In this document: positions 26,274-35,453 of the stretch, in pieces
Layout of the letters: every line of letters starts with the position of its first letter
Numbering within the stretch: the stretch's first letter is position 1
Assembly (NCBI GenBank): GCA_037443825.1
Contig: JBBINP010000003.1
Location: 1 to 40,466, forward strand
Direction: 5' to 3'
Source: Candidatus Moraniibacteriota bacterium
GTDB lineage: Bacteria > Patescibacteriota > Minisyncoccia > Moranbacterales > JBBINP01
Length of the DNA: 40,466 bases
Position numbers and translations under genes: made by a program
Notes under the pieces: generated by a model
What the model was told of the DNA's origin: nothing
What the model saw: only the letters and a program-made list of their open reading frames with translations
Database searches by the model: none

Positions 26274-27566
26274 TTCTTCCAGTATCACTTTTTTGTCGTT
26301 CCATGGAATTCTTTTGCCGCCGATCGCCATCGTGACTTCGGCGCCTTTTCCGGTTACCACCACAAAGTCTCCGGTCTTTGCAATCCGCAGAGCTTTTTTG
26401 ATCGCCCCTCGCCTGTCCAAAATTTTCCAAAAATTAACGTCCAGCTGTTTGTTTTTAACCCCGGCCGCCACTTCATTGATGATTTTCTCCGGATCTTCGC
26501 GATACGGATCTTCATTGGTCAAAACAATATAATCGGCGTAACGCGAAACGATTTCTCCCATAATCGGCCTTTTTCCGCGATCCCGCTCCCCGCAAGCGCC
26601 AAAAACGACGATGACTCTGGGCGTCAAACGACCTGGTTGTTTCCGCGCCAGTTTCAAGCTGGAAATCAGTTCGTATAATTTTTCAAGAGAATCCGGCGTT
26701 ACCGCGTAATCAACAATAATTTTTAAATTCCTGCCGTTCGGAACATATTCCAAGCGGCCGGGAACGCCTTTGATTTTTGAAAGCGCGCTGGCAATCGTTT
26801 GCATTCCGATGTTTTGGGAAAGTCCGGCGCTTATAGCCGCCAGCGCGTTTTCAATATTGAATTCTCCCGGCAGATTCAAAAGAAATTTTGAATTTTGAAT
26901 TTTGAATTTTGAATGATTGATTCCCATTTCTATTTCACCGGCCGCGACCATTCGCGCTTCATTTTTCACCAAAGAAAAAGAGCGGGAAACTGGAATCCTC
27001 GCCGCGTAACCGTATTTTTCTTTGGCTTCGTATTTTAAAAAATCCCGCGGATTCTCCATGTTTAAGTTAACAATCAACGTTCCGTTATTTTTTGAAGTCA
27101 TCTGAAAAAGCTTCATTTTTGCTTTTCTGTATTTGTCCATCGTTTCGTGATAGTCAAGATGTTCTCTCGTCAAATTGGTAATTACTGCCGCATCATATTT
27201 CACCCCCCAGACCCGGTTCTGATCCAGGGAATGGGATGATGTTTCCAGCACGAGATAATCGCATTTTTTCTCAACCGCCCTTTTGATGAATTTCTGAGTG
27301 GCGAAAGAAGATAATGTGGTAAATTTGGTGTTATTAACCCACTCCTCGGAATCCAGCTTGAAATTTATGGTGGAAATCATCGCCGTTTTATATCCGGCTT
27401 CTTCCAGAATTTTGGCAATCATCTGGCAGGTGGTTGTTTTTCCATTGGTTCCCGTCACGCCGATAACTTTTATTTTTCGAGAGGGAAATCTATGCCAAAC
27501 ATTGGCCAAAATAGCCTGAAGCAAATGGTACGCATTCTTTATTTTTTGAGGTATTAGTTTTTTCAT
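26265..27566 (-). CDS. murE: UDP-N-acetylmuramyl-tripeptide synthetase MurE
   Basis: GVTGTNGKTT, ETSSH, TNLTREHLDYH, GVPGRLE, FGACGERD..KR..MG; EDPY in place of DNPR. Confidence 0.92.
   Translation of the reverse strand: MKKLIPQKIKNAYHLLQAILANVWHRFPSRKIKVIGVTGTNGKTTTCQMIAKILEEAGYKTAMISTINFKLDSEEWVNNTKFTTLSSFATQKFIKRAVEKKCDYLVLETSSHSLDQNRVWGVKYDAAVITNLTREHLDYHETMDKYRKAKMKLFQMTSKNNGTLIVNLNMENPRDFLKYEAKEKYGYAARIPVSRSFSLVKNEARMVAAGEIEMGINHSKFKIQNSKFLLNLPGEFNIENALAAISAGLSQNIGMQTIASALSKIKGVPGRLEYVPNGRNLKIIVDYAVTPDSLEKLYELISSLKLARKQPGRLTPRVIVVFGACGERDRGKRPIMGEIVSRYADYIVLTNEDPYREDPEKIINEVAAGVKNKQLDVNFWKILDRRGAIKKALRIAKTGDFVVVTGKGAEVTMAIGGKRIPWNDKKVILEELG
26884..26914. repeat. Heptamer tandem repeat (AATTTTG)x4 inside murE
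   Basis: Read directly; encodes SKFKIQNSKF. Confidence 0.9.
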
Positions 27567-27597
27567 ACAATACCATTATATCCCAAATTATTTAAAT

Positions 27598-27626
27598 AAA
27601 AAACAGGGCCCAGTTGCACCAGGCCC
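27598..27626 (-). terminator. Intrinsic terminator of the HD-domain gene
   Basis: Minus strand gggcctgg-tgcaa-ctgggccc-tgtttttt. Confidence 0.7.
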
Positions 27627-27648
27627 ATAATAATTATTTATTTTTTTC

Positions 27649-28380
27649 TTATTTTTTATGAGCTTTACAAGATAAAAGCTCGCTTTCCAGTTCTTTTATT
27701 CTTTCAAGCAAATTCTTATTTTTCTTAATATCCTGATATAATTGCATGGAATAATCAGCCCCTCTTATTATACCTTTCATAGATCCCCTGAGAAACCTGA
27801 GTGGTTTTGCGTATTTTATATATTCTTCTTTTCCGAAAAAATCATGTTCTGATTCAGCAAGGGTTATTATCCTTTCCGACATCGGAAGAATATAATAACG
27901 CGTTTCATACACATATTCACCCGTCTTTTCATCACTGAAGACGCCAAACATTCCTCTGCGGATGTTTATGTATCTGTCCACTGTTTTTACAAAAACCCTT
28001 CTTGGTTTTTTTTCAATTTCCTTGAAATAATTAACAAGTCCCCTAACATCAAGCCCTTTTTCTTTCGTCATCGCGGCCACGTCATCCGCGATCTCTGATC
28101 CAAATTTTTTTTCAATATCTTCTCTGGTGACAATCTTTCCGCCTTGATCCCTGGACTCTTCTATGGTGTCATGCAATAATAAAATAATATCGACTTCCTC
28201 GTCATTGATGCCTGCAATTCTTGCGGTATAAACCCCTTCAATTGGATGAACGATGTACTTGACTCCGTCTTTTCTTGTGTGATTTTTGTGCACCAGATTT
28301 GAAAATTCATAGGCCATATTGAAACGATCCGATGGATTTTCATCATAAAGATCAAAAATATACTGCTCCTTGCTCTTCAT
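27649..28380 (-). CDS. Stand-alone RelA/SpoT-type HD hydrolase (small alarmone hydrolase / Mesh1-like)
   Basis: H..HTRKDG..YIVHP, LLHDTIEE, V.AMTK, VKTVDRYIN; AGGAGG SD supports start 28380. Confidence 0.8.
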   Translation of the reverse strand: MKSKEQYIFDLYDENPSDRFNMAYEFSNLVHKNHTRKDGVKYIVHPIEGVYTARIAGINDEEVDIILLLHDTIEESRDQGGKIVTREDIEKKFGSEIADDVAAMTKEKGLDVRGLVNYFKEIEKKPRRVFVKTVDRYINIRRGMFGVFSDEKTGEYVYETRYYILPMSERIITLAESEHDFFGKEEYIKYAKPLRFLRGSMKGIIRGADYSMQLYQDIKKNKNLLERIKELESELLSCKAHKK

Positions 28381-28406
28381 TTTGCGCCTCCTTGTAAATT
28401 TTATAA

Positions 28407-28471
28407 AAATTGGTAAAGATCTGTTTATTTTTAATTCTTCACACTTTATCTCCAAAGACAAAAAAAGTCAA
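28407..28471 (-). promoter_or_regulatory. Promoter TTGACT-17-TAAAGT followed by boxA-like GATCTTTACCAATTT
   Basis: -35 at 28471-28466, -10 at 28448-28443, boxA-like at 28421-28407. Confidence 0.6.
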
Positions 28472-28523
28472 ATCCTTTTTGGCTTCAAGTTTTCATGACA
28501 ATAAAACGGCTTGTTGATGAGCT

Positions 28524-29522
28524 TCAAAATAAACTTTTAACCTTTTGCAGCAGGCGATAAATATTATACAGGAAGGGATTCAAAATAATATCATAACTCC
28601 CCGGAAATTCAATCGGATTCGTGTTCGGAGCAAAGCCGGTTTTAAACCTGGTTATTCCGGACCAATCGCCATTGTTTTTTGTCCACTGCGTATCGTATGA
28701 TTTCACCCCGCCCAAATCATATCTTGCAAATCCCGCTTTTTTGGCGTCCGTTATCGCCTGCCATTGCAGAAGATACGGCGCCATCGCGTTGCGAAATTCA
28801 TTATCCGACGCTCCATGAAGATACGTGGCCGTATCGCCGCAAAAAACGACAATGTTGGCCGCGGCGACTTTTCCGTTATATTCAGCAATATATAATTTTA
28901 AAATATCTCCCGGAATTATTTCAAACATTTTGCGATAATAACTCTCCGGATGGCAAGTGATCTTGTCTCGTTTTGCCGTAACTTTCACCAATCTCATAAA
29001 TTCATTAATATAAAAATTTGAATTTTGATCATCGGAATCTGAAGATTTATTGAAAATTGCTTTCACGGAAACCCCGCGTTTCCGCGAGAGATTGATATTA
29101 TATCTTGTCTTCGGCTTCATCTCCGCCAGCAAATCTTCTTCATTTTTGGAAATATCCAAAACCAATATCTCTTTCGGTTGCATATCATGCGGCGCCCTGA
29201 CGGCTTTCAGTTTCAGTAACTTCGCGCAGACATCCATGAATTCTTTTCTATCCGGATCAATCCTGATCCAGCCCGCGTTGTTTTCTTTTGCCAATTCAAT
29301 TATCCCGGGAAAATAATTTTGAATTTGCCTGATTGTCGCGTTTTGATCATTGATTATTGACACAACCGGTCCGCGGGGAATGTAAAAATAACTCCCGACC
29401 GCCGGAAGATTGTGTTTCACACCGCTCGCGCGAAATTTTTCTCCCGCAATCAGAAAAGTTTCGCGTCCGGCGGCTTTTTGAAATTCCCGCCACTCGTCAG
29501 ACTGAAGAAAATCAATTTGCAT
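28524..29522 (-). CDS. FemABX family peptidoglycan bridge peptidyltransferase (FemX-like)
   Basis: FLQS.EW, YIPRGP, MKPKTRYNI, YLHGAS, PYLLQW, YDLGG, GITRFKTGF. Confidence 0.9.
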   Translation of the reverse strand: MQIDFLQSDEWREFQKAAGRETFLIAGEKFRASGVKHNLPAVGSYFYIPRGPVVSIINDQNATIRQIQNYFPGIIELAKENNAGWIRIDPDRKEFMDVCAKLLKLKAVRAPHDMQPKEILVLDISKNEEDLLAEMKPKTRYNINLSRKRGVSVKAIFNKSSDSDDQNSNFYINEFMRLVKVTAKRDKITCHPESYYRKMFEIIPGDILKLYIAEYNGKVAAANIVVFCGDTATYLHGASDNEFRNAMAPYLLQWQAITDAKKAGFARYDLGGVKSYDTQWTKNNGDWSGITRFKTGFAPNTNPIEFPGSYDIILNPFLYNIYRLLQKVKSLF

Positions 29523-29527
29523 TTTAT

Positions 29528-30103
29528 TTATCGCCTTTTTCCCAAATTTTTAAGCGCCGCCTTCACTTTTTGTCCGATGTCTTTCATGTCCGCCGGCACG
29601 GATTTCAACGCTTCGCGCGCCTCGCCAACCGAATAACCCATTCCTAAAAGAGCTTCCATGGCGTCATTGTCAGCGATCGCTTTTTCTTTTTCGTTTTCCG
29701 GCAAATCAGCCACTTTGTTTTTCAGTTCCATAATAACCCTTTCGGCGGTTTTTTTGCCGACGCCGGAAACTTTGGTTAAAATAGACGGATCTTCATTAAG
29801 AATGGCGGCGCGGATGGTTTTTGGATCCGCCACCGTCAAAATTCCCATCGCGGCTTTTGGTCCGATTCCGGAAATGGTTATCAAAAGCTCAAACATTTCC
29901 AGTTCGGAAAGCGTTAAAAAACCATATAAAGCCAGCGCGTCCTCGCGGACATAAGTGTGCGTGTAAAATAATGCTTCCTTCTCTCCCGCGATTTTGCCCA
30001 AAGCGTAAGCCGTGGCAAAGATTTTATAACCCACTCCCCGCACATCAACAACAACATAAAAATCTCTGATAAATTGGATTTCGCCGGAAATTTTAGCTAT
30101 CAT
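29528..30103 (-). CDS. ruvA: Holliday junction branch migration protein RuvA
   Basis: GVGY, VRED...LYGF, ISGIGPKAA, GVGKKTAERVIMELK. Confidence 0.97.
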   Translation of the reverse strand: MIAKISGEIQFIRDFYVVVDVRGVGYKIFATAYALGKIAGEKEALFYTHTYVREDALALYGFLTLSELEMFELLITISGIGPKAAMGILTVADPKTIRAAILNEDPSILTKVSGVGKKTAERVIMELKNKVADLPENEKEKAIADNDAMEALLGMGYSVGEAREALKSVPADMKDIGQKVKAALKNLGKRR

Positions 30104-30127
30104 ATGTTTTGTTTCTGATTTATTTTT

Positions 30128-32665
30128 TTACAAAGTTACGTTTTCGCTCGCGCTGGTTTGGTTGTTGTTTTTGTCTGTGAGAACCGCTTTAACGCTAACG
30201 GTTTTGCCTATATCTTCCGCCGCAAACGAATAGGACGTTTCCGTTCCAGAGCCACTGTAAATTTTGTCATCCTTCACAAAAAAATCAATTTCTCTTATTC
30301 CATAAGGCGCGTTGATATTGGCTTTGATAACAAGCTTCATCGCCGCCAAATCCTTGGAAACACTCATCGAAACGGCAGGGAAATATTTGGAAAAATCGTC
30401 TTTCTTACATTCCTCTTCCGGCGGAGAGCCGAGAATGTAATCTTCTTTATTTCTTTCATACCATTTCTGGACAGCTTTTTCCCAATTTTTAAATTGCGGA
30501 TCATTTTCCGGTTTTTGCGGCCGATCTCCGCGCGGATCGTCTTTTTTCACATACCACAAAATGGAATGCGCTTCGGCAAAATCCCTTTTCTTCACGTCGC
30601 TCGGACCGCAATAATCATTAGCCAGGCAGTATTCGCTTTCTTTTCCTGGTATCCTGCAAACTTTGACATTTTCTCTAACATTAATCTTGCCGTCCAAAAT
30701 ATCCTTGCCGGCCTCCTCTTTTTCATATTTGGGAAATTGTTCCAAGTTGTGGTTGCCCAGCGCCTGATCAAGAAAATTTCTCCAGATGGGAGCGGCCACA
30801 TTCACTCCGTCCGCGCCCGCGCGCATCGGACTGTTGTCGTTGTTGCCGGCCCAGACTCCGACTGCCAAAGACGGAGTGTAGCCAATCGCCCAACCGTCGC
30901 GAAATTCATTGGTGGTTCCTGTTTTTACCGCCACATGGCGATGGCTGAAACTCAACGGACTTGTTTCCCCAAAAACCGGCTTCCGATAATCATTGGTGGA
31001 AAGAATATGGCTTATCATGGATGTATATTTTTCTTCAACGATTCTCTGCCCTTCTTCCGTTTTATATTCTTCCAAAACCTCTCCTTTGCTGTTTTCTATT
31101 TTCAGAATGGCTGTTTTTCCATGGCGAACTCCGCCGTTCGCCAAAACGCCGAAAGCGTTCACGTGGTCAAGCAGTTTCACCTCTCCGCCGCCCAACACCA
31201 AAGATAAACCGTAACGATCCGGATAATTAAGTCCGGAAATGCCCAAATTTTTCGCCATTAAAACGGAATTTTTCACTCCGACAAGATACAAAGCTTCCAC
31301 TGCCGGAATATTAAGCGATTGTGCAAGCGCCTCTTTCATTTTAACGGGACCTCTGAATTTTCCGTCATAATTCTGGGGAATATAATCTTTTTGTCCTTCC
31401 GCCGCAAAATTAATTTGCGCGTCAAAAAGATAGGTTTCCGGCGTATATCCGTTTTTAAAAGCAGTTAAATACACGTATGGCTTAAAAGAAGATCCGGGCT
31501 GACGATCGCGAATCGCCACGTTAACCTGCCCTTCAAATTTGCAATTCCTGCCGGTAACGCATTTTTCCGGCTGCGATTCTCCAAAAAAATCCCTGGATCC
31601 GACCATGGCTAAAATTTGTCCAGTCTTCGGATCCATGGACACCAAAGACGCGTTGTGAGCGTTCCAGTTTTTCATATTTTTTTCCACTCCTTCCCTGACC
31701 GCCCTTTCAGCTATCTGCTGTTTATCCCAATCCAGCGTGGTATAAACCCTCAATCCTTCTTGTTCCACGGTTTGTTTTCCGTATTTTTTTTCCAGATATT
31801 CCCTAACGTACATCACGAAGTGGGGGGCGTCCATTTTTTCCCGATTGGGCTTTATTCTTGCCAGCACGTCTGTTTTTTTAGCTTCTTCCGCCTGTTGTTC
31901 GGTAATATATCCCAGCCGCGCCATTTGGCTAATTGCGTATTCCTGGCGTATTTTTAGCCGTTCTATGTTTGAACCATGCGGAGAATACAGAGTTGGCGCC
32001 TTGGGCAAAGACGCCAAAAGAGCCGCTTCATCCAGCGCCAATTCCTTGGCATGTTTTCCAAAAAACGTCTGGGCCGCCGCCTCAATGCCGTAAGCGTTGG
32101 AGCCATACGGAATTTCATTGAGATACATCCCTAAAATTTCGTCTTTGGAAAATTTCAACTCCATTTCAACGGCCAGAATAACTTCTTTGATTTTGCGCGT
32201 AAAAGTCCGCTCCGGGGTCAGAAGGGAATTTTTGACCAGCTGCTGAGTTATGGTGGAGCCGCCCTGAGCCACGCTGCGTTTCAGAATGTCCTTGAAAGCG
32301 GCGCGGGCGATGGAACTCATTTTGATGCCATGATGCGAATAAAAATCCTGATCTTCCAGCGCGATGGTCGCGTAGCGAATGCTTTCCGGCATTTCCTCAA
32401 AAGGAATGCGCGTCCGTTTTTCCTCCCCGTGGATCTCATAAAGGACGTGTTTGCCGTCGCGATCGTAAATTTTTGCCGATTCAATTATCAAACGCGAAAT
32501 GACTTTTTCGGAGCTGGGCAAATCTTTGGCGAAATAGAGAAAAACGCCGATGACAAACAAAAAAAAGGCGCCAGCCAAAACAGCCGCTGTTTTGGCGGCG
32601 ATTTTCCAATATTCTTTTTGAGGAAGAACCTTGAATTTTTTGAGTGAAATAAAAATTGATTTCAT
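30128..32665 (-). CDS. Class A penicillin-binding protein (PBP1A family)
   Basis: EDQDFYSHHG, QGGSTITQQL, RKIKE; transpeptidase SSFK, SLN, KTG. Confidence 0.95.
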   Translation of the reverse strand: MKSIFISLKKFKVLPQKEYWKIAAKTAAVLAGAFFLFVIGVFLYFAKDLPSSEKVISRLIIESAKIYDRDGKHVLYEIHGEEKRTRIPFEEMPESIRYATIALEDQDFYSHHGIKMSSIARAAFKDILKRSVAQGGSTITQQLVKNSLLTPERTFTRKIKEVILAVEMELKFSKDEILGMYLNEIPYGSNAYGIEAAAQTFFGKHAKELALDEAALLASLPKAPTLYSPHGSNIERLKIRQEYAISQMARLGYITEQQAEEAKKTDVLARIKPNREKMDAPHFVMYVREYLEKKYGKQTVEQEGLRVYTTLDWDKQQIAERAVREGVEKNMKNWNAHNASLVSMDPKTGQILAMVGSRDFFGESQPEKCVTGRNCKFEGQVNVAIRDRQPGSSFKPYVYLTAFKNGYTPETYLFDAQINFAAEGQKDYIPQNYDGKFRGPVKMKEALAQSLNIPAVEALYLVGVKNSVLMAKNLGISGLNYPDRYGLSLVLGGGEVKLLDHVNAFGVLANGGVRHGKTAILKIENSKGEVLEEYKTEEGQRIVEEKYTSMISHILSTNDYRKPVFGETSPLSFSHRHVAVKTGTTNEFRDGWAIGYTPSLAVGVWAGNNDNSPMRAGADGVNVAAPIWRNFLDQALGNHNLEQFPKYEKEEAGKDILDGKINVRENVKVCRIPGKESEYCLANDYCGPSDVKKRDFAEAHSILWYVKKDDPRGDRPQKPENDPQFKNWEKAVQKWYERNKEDYILGSPPEEECKKDDFSKYFPAVSMSVSKDLAAMKLVIKANINAPYGIREIDFFVKDDKIYSGSGTETSYSFAAEDIGKTVSVKAVLTDKNNNQTSASENVTL

Positions 32666-32710
32666 AAATGCTATTATAGTACAAACTAAGCGAATTTAAA
32701 TATTTGCCTA

Positions 32711-34492
32711 TTAATGTTGACTTAAATGTCTTTTTAATGGCGCAAAATCATTATTGGCCATAATAAACAAAACATTGCGATGCTCGGCATCGGGAAAATT
32801 TCTGCTAATTGACGTTGGCAACCCGCTGAAGCGACTGATTAAAAAATTTCCATTATCAGCTAGTGATTTTTCAGCTTCTCCTAAAATTATTTTTTCAAGT
32901 TTTGATTTGTGCGCGCAAATCCTGCAACAAACTAAAAACTCAAACTTTATGTCAAGGTGTAAATCAAAATATTTTTCAATAATTAAATCCTCAATTCTGT
33001 TCAACATTTTTTTATATATCTTAACTCTCTTAATGGGAAAAGCATAAAATTTAGAAGCGCCAATGATGGCATGGGTCAACATGTATAATCCAAGCGTTTC
33101 ATTGCCAGGCAGTTTCCACGCATATTCTTCAAATATTTTTAAGAAATATTGCGGATTGGCATATCTGCTCTTCCCGAAATAATGGTCTAGATTGTAAAAA
33201 TAATTTACAGCAAATGTAGACATTATAATTATTGCCTTTTTGTCCTTATATAATTTATTGCCCAATTTTACAAATTCTTTATCTGAAATTTCCTTTTTTA
33301 TGCTATCACGCAAGTTATTGCCATAGAGCGTACCCGCGAAAAGATGCCGAAAAAGGACCGCGTTAAACGGAGCTAGCCATGGATACTTTAGCATATATTC
33401 TTTTCTTGTTTTCCATGCAATCAGATTGTTTTGATTATAATTATATTTTAATTTTAGCAAATCTTTTATTTTTTCTTGGACTTCATTTTGATTTTTTCCC
33501 AGATATTGATTTTTTAGCTTATCCAATTCTTCACGATAAAATTTTTCCCTGGTCCATAAATACATTCTGGAAACATAGTGAAACTTCTGATTTCCAAGAT
33601 TAGCGATATTTTTGTCAAAATATTGACGTATGAGATCGGTTTTGTTTTTTAATTTCCGATTATGCAAATCCAAACAATAATCAATGATTTTCTCCGCTAC
33701 ATTAATTCCTGTTGCCTGCTGGAATCCTTTCCATTCCGGATTGGTGTTAACCTCCATAAAATATAACTTGCCGTTTTTTAAGTCTTGGATTATATCAATT
33801 CCACAAAGCGAAAGTTTAAACATTGAAGCAACCGACAAAGCAATTTTTTCAAATTCTGTTAACAATTTTTCATTAGAAACAACTTCCGCGGATCCGCCTT
33901 TAGAAATATTATTTAAATAACTGCCTTTGCGCGCCACTCTTTTTATAACTCCAAGCATTCTTCCGCCTAACACAAAAACGCGATAATCCCCGTTATTTTC
34001 AATAAAATTTTGATAAATATATTTTTGAGTATCATAACTGTGTTTTTTTAGGTCTTTTTCTGATTTCAACAAGGTAATGTCGTCGCCCTGCGAACCATAA
34101 TTGGGTTTTTGAATAATTGGATACTTTAGTTTTTGAGGAATGGCGGACAGTAACTCTTTCTGGTTTTTAAAAACAAATGTTGGAATGGAATTCAAACTAC
34201 TATAACTTTCTAAATATTTTTGTTGGAAATATTTTCTTGTCAAAAACGGCAATTCTAAGCAGTCATTGTTCAAAACAACTCGCGTTCTCATTAAGTGAAA
34301 GCAAAGATTTTTCCTGTCTAATGTTTCGAGTTTTGACGAAAACCAGATAATCACATCGCCAAAACGACTATCAAAATTTTCGTTAATGTCTTGCAATAAT
34401 ATTTTTTCTAATTGAATTTTATTTTTTTTAGCTGCCTTAATCAACTCATTCGCATGCCAACCTCCTTTTGTGCAAATCAATGAAATTTTCAT
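32711..34492 (-). CDS. RimK-type ATP-grasp ligase fused to a DUF3541-like helical C-terminal domain
   Basis: PIIQKPNYGSQG, QNFI, DYRVFV, NISKGG, GIDII, EVNTNP; C-terminal HYVSRMYLW, YMLTHAII..S.FY, EHRNVLFIM. Confidence 0.8.
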   Translation of the reverse strand: MKISLICTKGGWHANELIKAAKKNKIQLEKILLQDINENFDSRFGDVIIWFSSKLETLDRKNLCFHLMRTRVVLNNDCLELPFLTRKYFQQKYLESYSSLNSIPTFVFKNQKELLSAIPQKLKYPIIQKPNYGSQGDDITLLKSEKDLKKHSYDTQKYIYQNFIENNGDYRVFVLGGRMLGVIKRVARKGSYLNNISKGGSAEVVSNEKLLTEFEKIALSVASMFKLSLCGIDIIQDLKNGKLYFMEVNTNPEWKGFQQATGINVAEKIIDYCLDLHNRKLKNKTDLIRQYFDKNIANLGNQKFHYVSRMYLWTREKFYREELDKLKNQYLGKNQNEVQEKIKDLLKLKYNYNQNNLIAWKTRKEYMLKYPWLAPFNAVLFRHLFAGTLYGNNLRDSIKKEISDKEFVKLGNKLYKDKKAIIIMSTFAVNYFYNLDHYFGKSRYANPQYFLKIFEEYAWKLPGNETLGLYMLTHAIIGASKFYAFPIKRVKIYKKMLNRIEDLIIEKYFDLHLDIKFEFLVCCRICAHKSKLEKIILGEAEKSLADNGNFLISRFSGLPTSISRNFPDAEHRNVLFIMANNDFAPLKRHLSQH

Positions 34493-34499
34493 AGTTTTC

Positions 34500-35453
34500 T
34501 CATTTAATTCTGTTTATAAAAACTTTTAGCAAAACCGCGTACATTTTAAGCATAAATGGCTTTTCTTCCGGCGTAAAATATAATCCGGGCATTGAGTTTA
34601 GCTCCACAACCCAAGGAAATCCGTTTTCATCAAACATAAAATCAATGGTATAAATCCTGGGGTTGAACGGTTGTAAAATTTTATTAGCGTGTTGAATTAT
34701 CAGACGAAGCGATTTGGGGATTTTGCTGTTTGGAACTATTATAAGCGATCCGCCTTGAGCCAAATTGGCCAAGAAACTTCCTTTCTTCGGTTCGCGTATA
34801 TAAGCATAAACAACTTTTTCATTCACAAAAACCAAACGCAGATCATGATAACTCTTATTCAGTCCGGGCGCGCCCTTGGATGAGTCAATGAATTCTTGCA
34901 ACAAAAACGGCTGGTTAATTTTTGATTTTTTTAACGCTTCTTTTTTGTCACAGATCAAAATATTTTTACCACCGCTTTCAATCATCGGCTTAAGGACAAT
35001 TTTTCTTGTTTTCACTTTGGATAAATATTTTTTTAAATCTTCCTTGTTTTCAACAAGCCAATTTTGCTTGCTCCATTTTTCAAACAATAAACTAACATTC
35101 AACTTATCGTCAATTAAACGCGTAAATTCAAGATTATTAATAAACGGATACCGTTCTCTTATAAGCTCTTTTTTGTAATACACTTCCATTCGGGCTTTTG
35201 TTTTATCATAGATCAAATCCGGCTTGACATTGGAAGCGCGCTTCCACCGCCCGCCGCTGCCTTCAAAAATCCAGGCGTGCTTAAAAATGCATTTTTGATA
35301 GTCATACCATTGATACGAGGCGCGATACATTTGAATCCCGTTTCGCCGGCACAAATCATAAAAATATTCGTAGGAGTACTGATAATCTTTGTTTTGAAAA
35401 GGTTTAGCGGTCCGCCAATTGCTTTTGCCGAAAAGAATTAAAACTTTTTTCAT
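34500..35453 (-). CDS. ATP-grasp ligase (RimK / YheC-YheD-like)
   Basis: VLKP..ESGGKNI, LQEFI, DLRL, ANLAQGG, IDF, ELNSMPG. Confidence 0.85.
   Translation of the reverse strand: MKKVLILFGKSNWRTAKPFQNKDYQYSYEYFYDLCRRNGIQMYRASYQWYDYQKCIFKHAWIFEGSGGRWKRASNVKPDLIYDKTKARMEVYYKKELIRERYPFINNLEFTRLIDDKLNVSLLFEKWSKQNWLVENKEDLKKYLSKVKTRKIVLKPMIESGGKNILICDKKEALKKSKINQPFLLQEFIDSSKGAPGLNKSYHDLRLVFVNEKVVYAYIREPKKGSFLANLAQGGSLIIVPNSKIPKSLRLIIQHANKILQPFNPRIYTIDFMFDENGFPWVVELNSMPGLYFTPEEKPFMLKMYAVLLKVFINRIK

Noticed and set aside
30158-31207. Long antisense ORFs (also 1101..1934, 18602..19294, 19808..20440, 39754..40335 and others)
   Set aside because: Shadow frames opposite well-supported genes, Phe/Arg/Ser-rich, no recognisable motifs
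35404-35453. 50-bp overlap between two ATP-grasp genes as a recoding site
   Set aside because: Both ORFs are intact and the downstream one has its own ATG; a short C-terminal run-on is the simpler explanation
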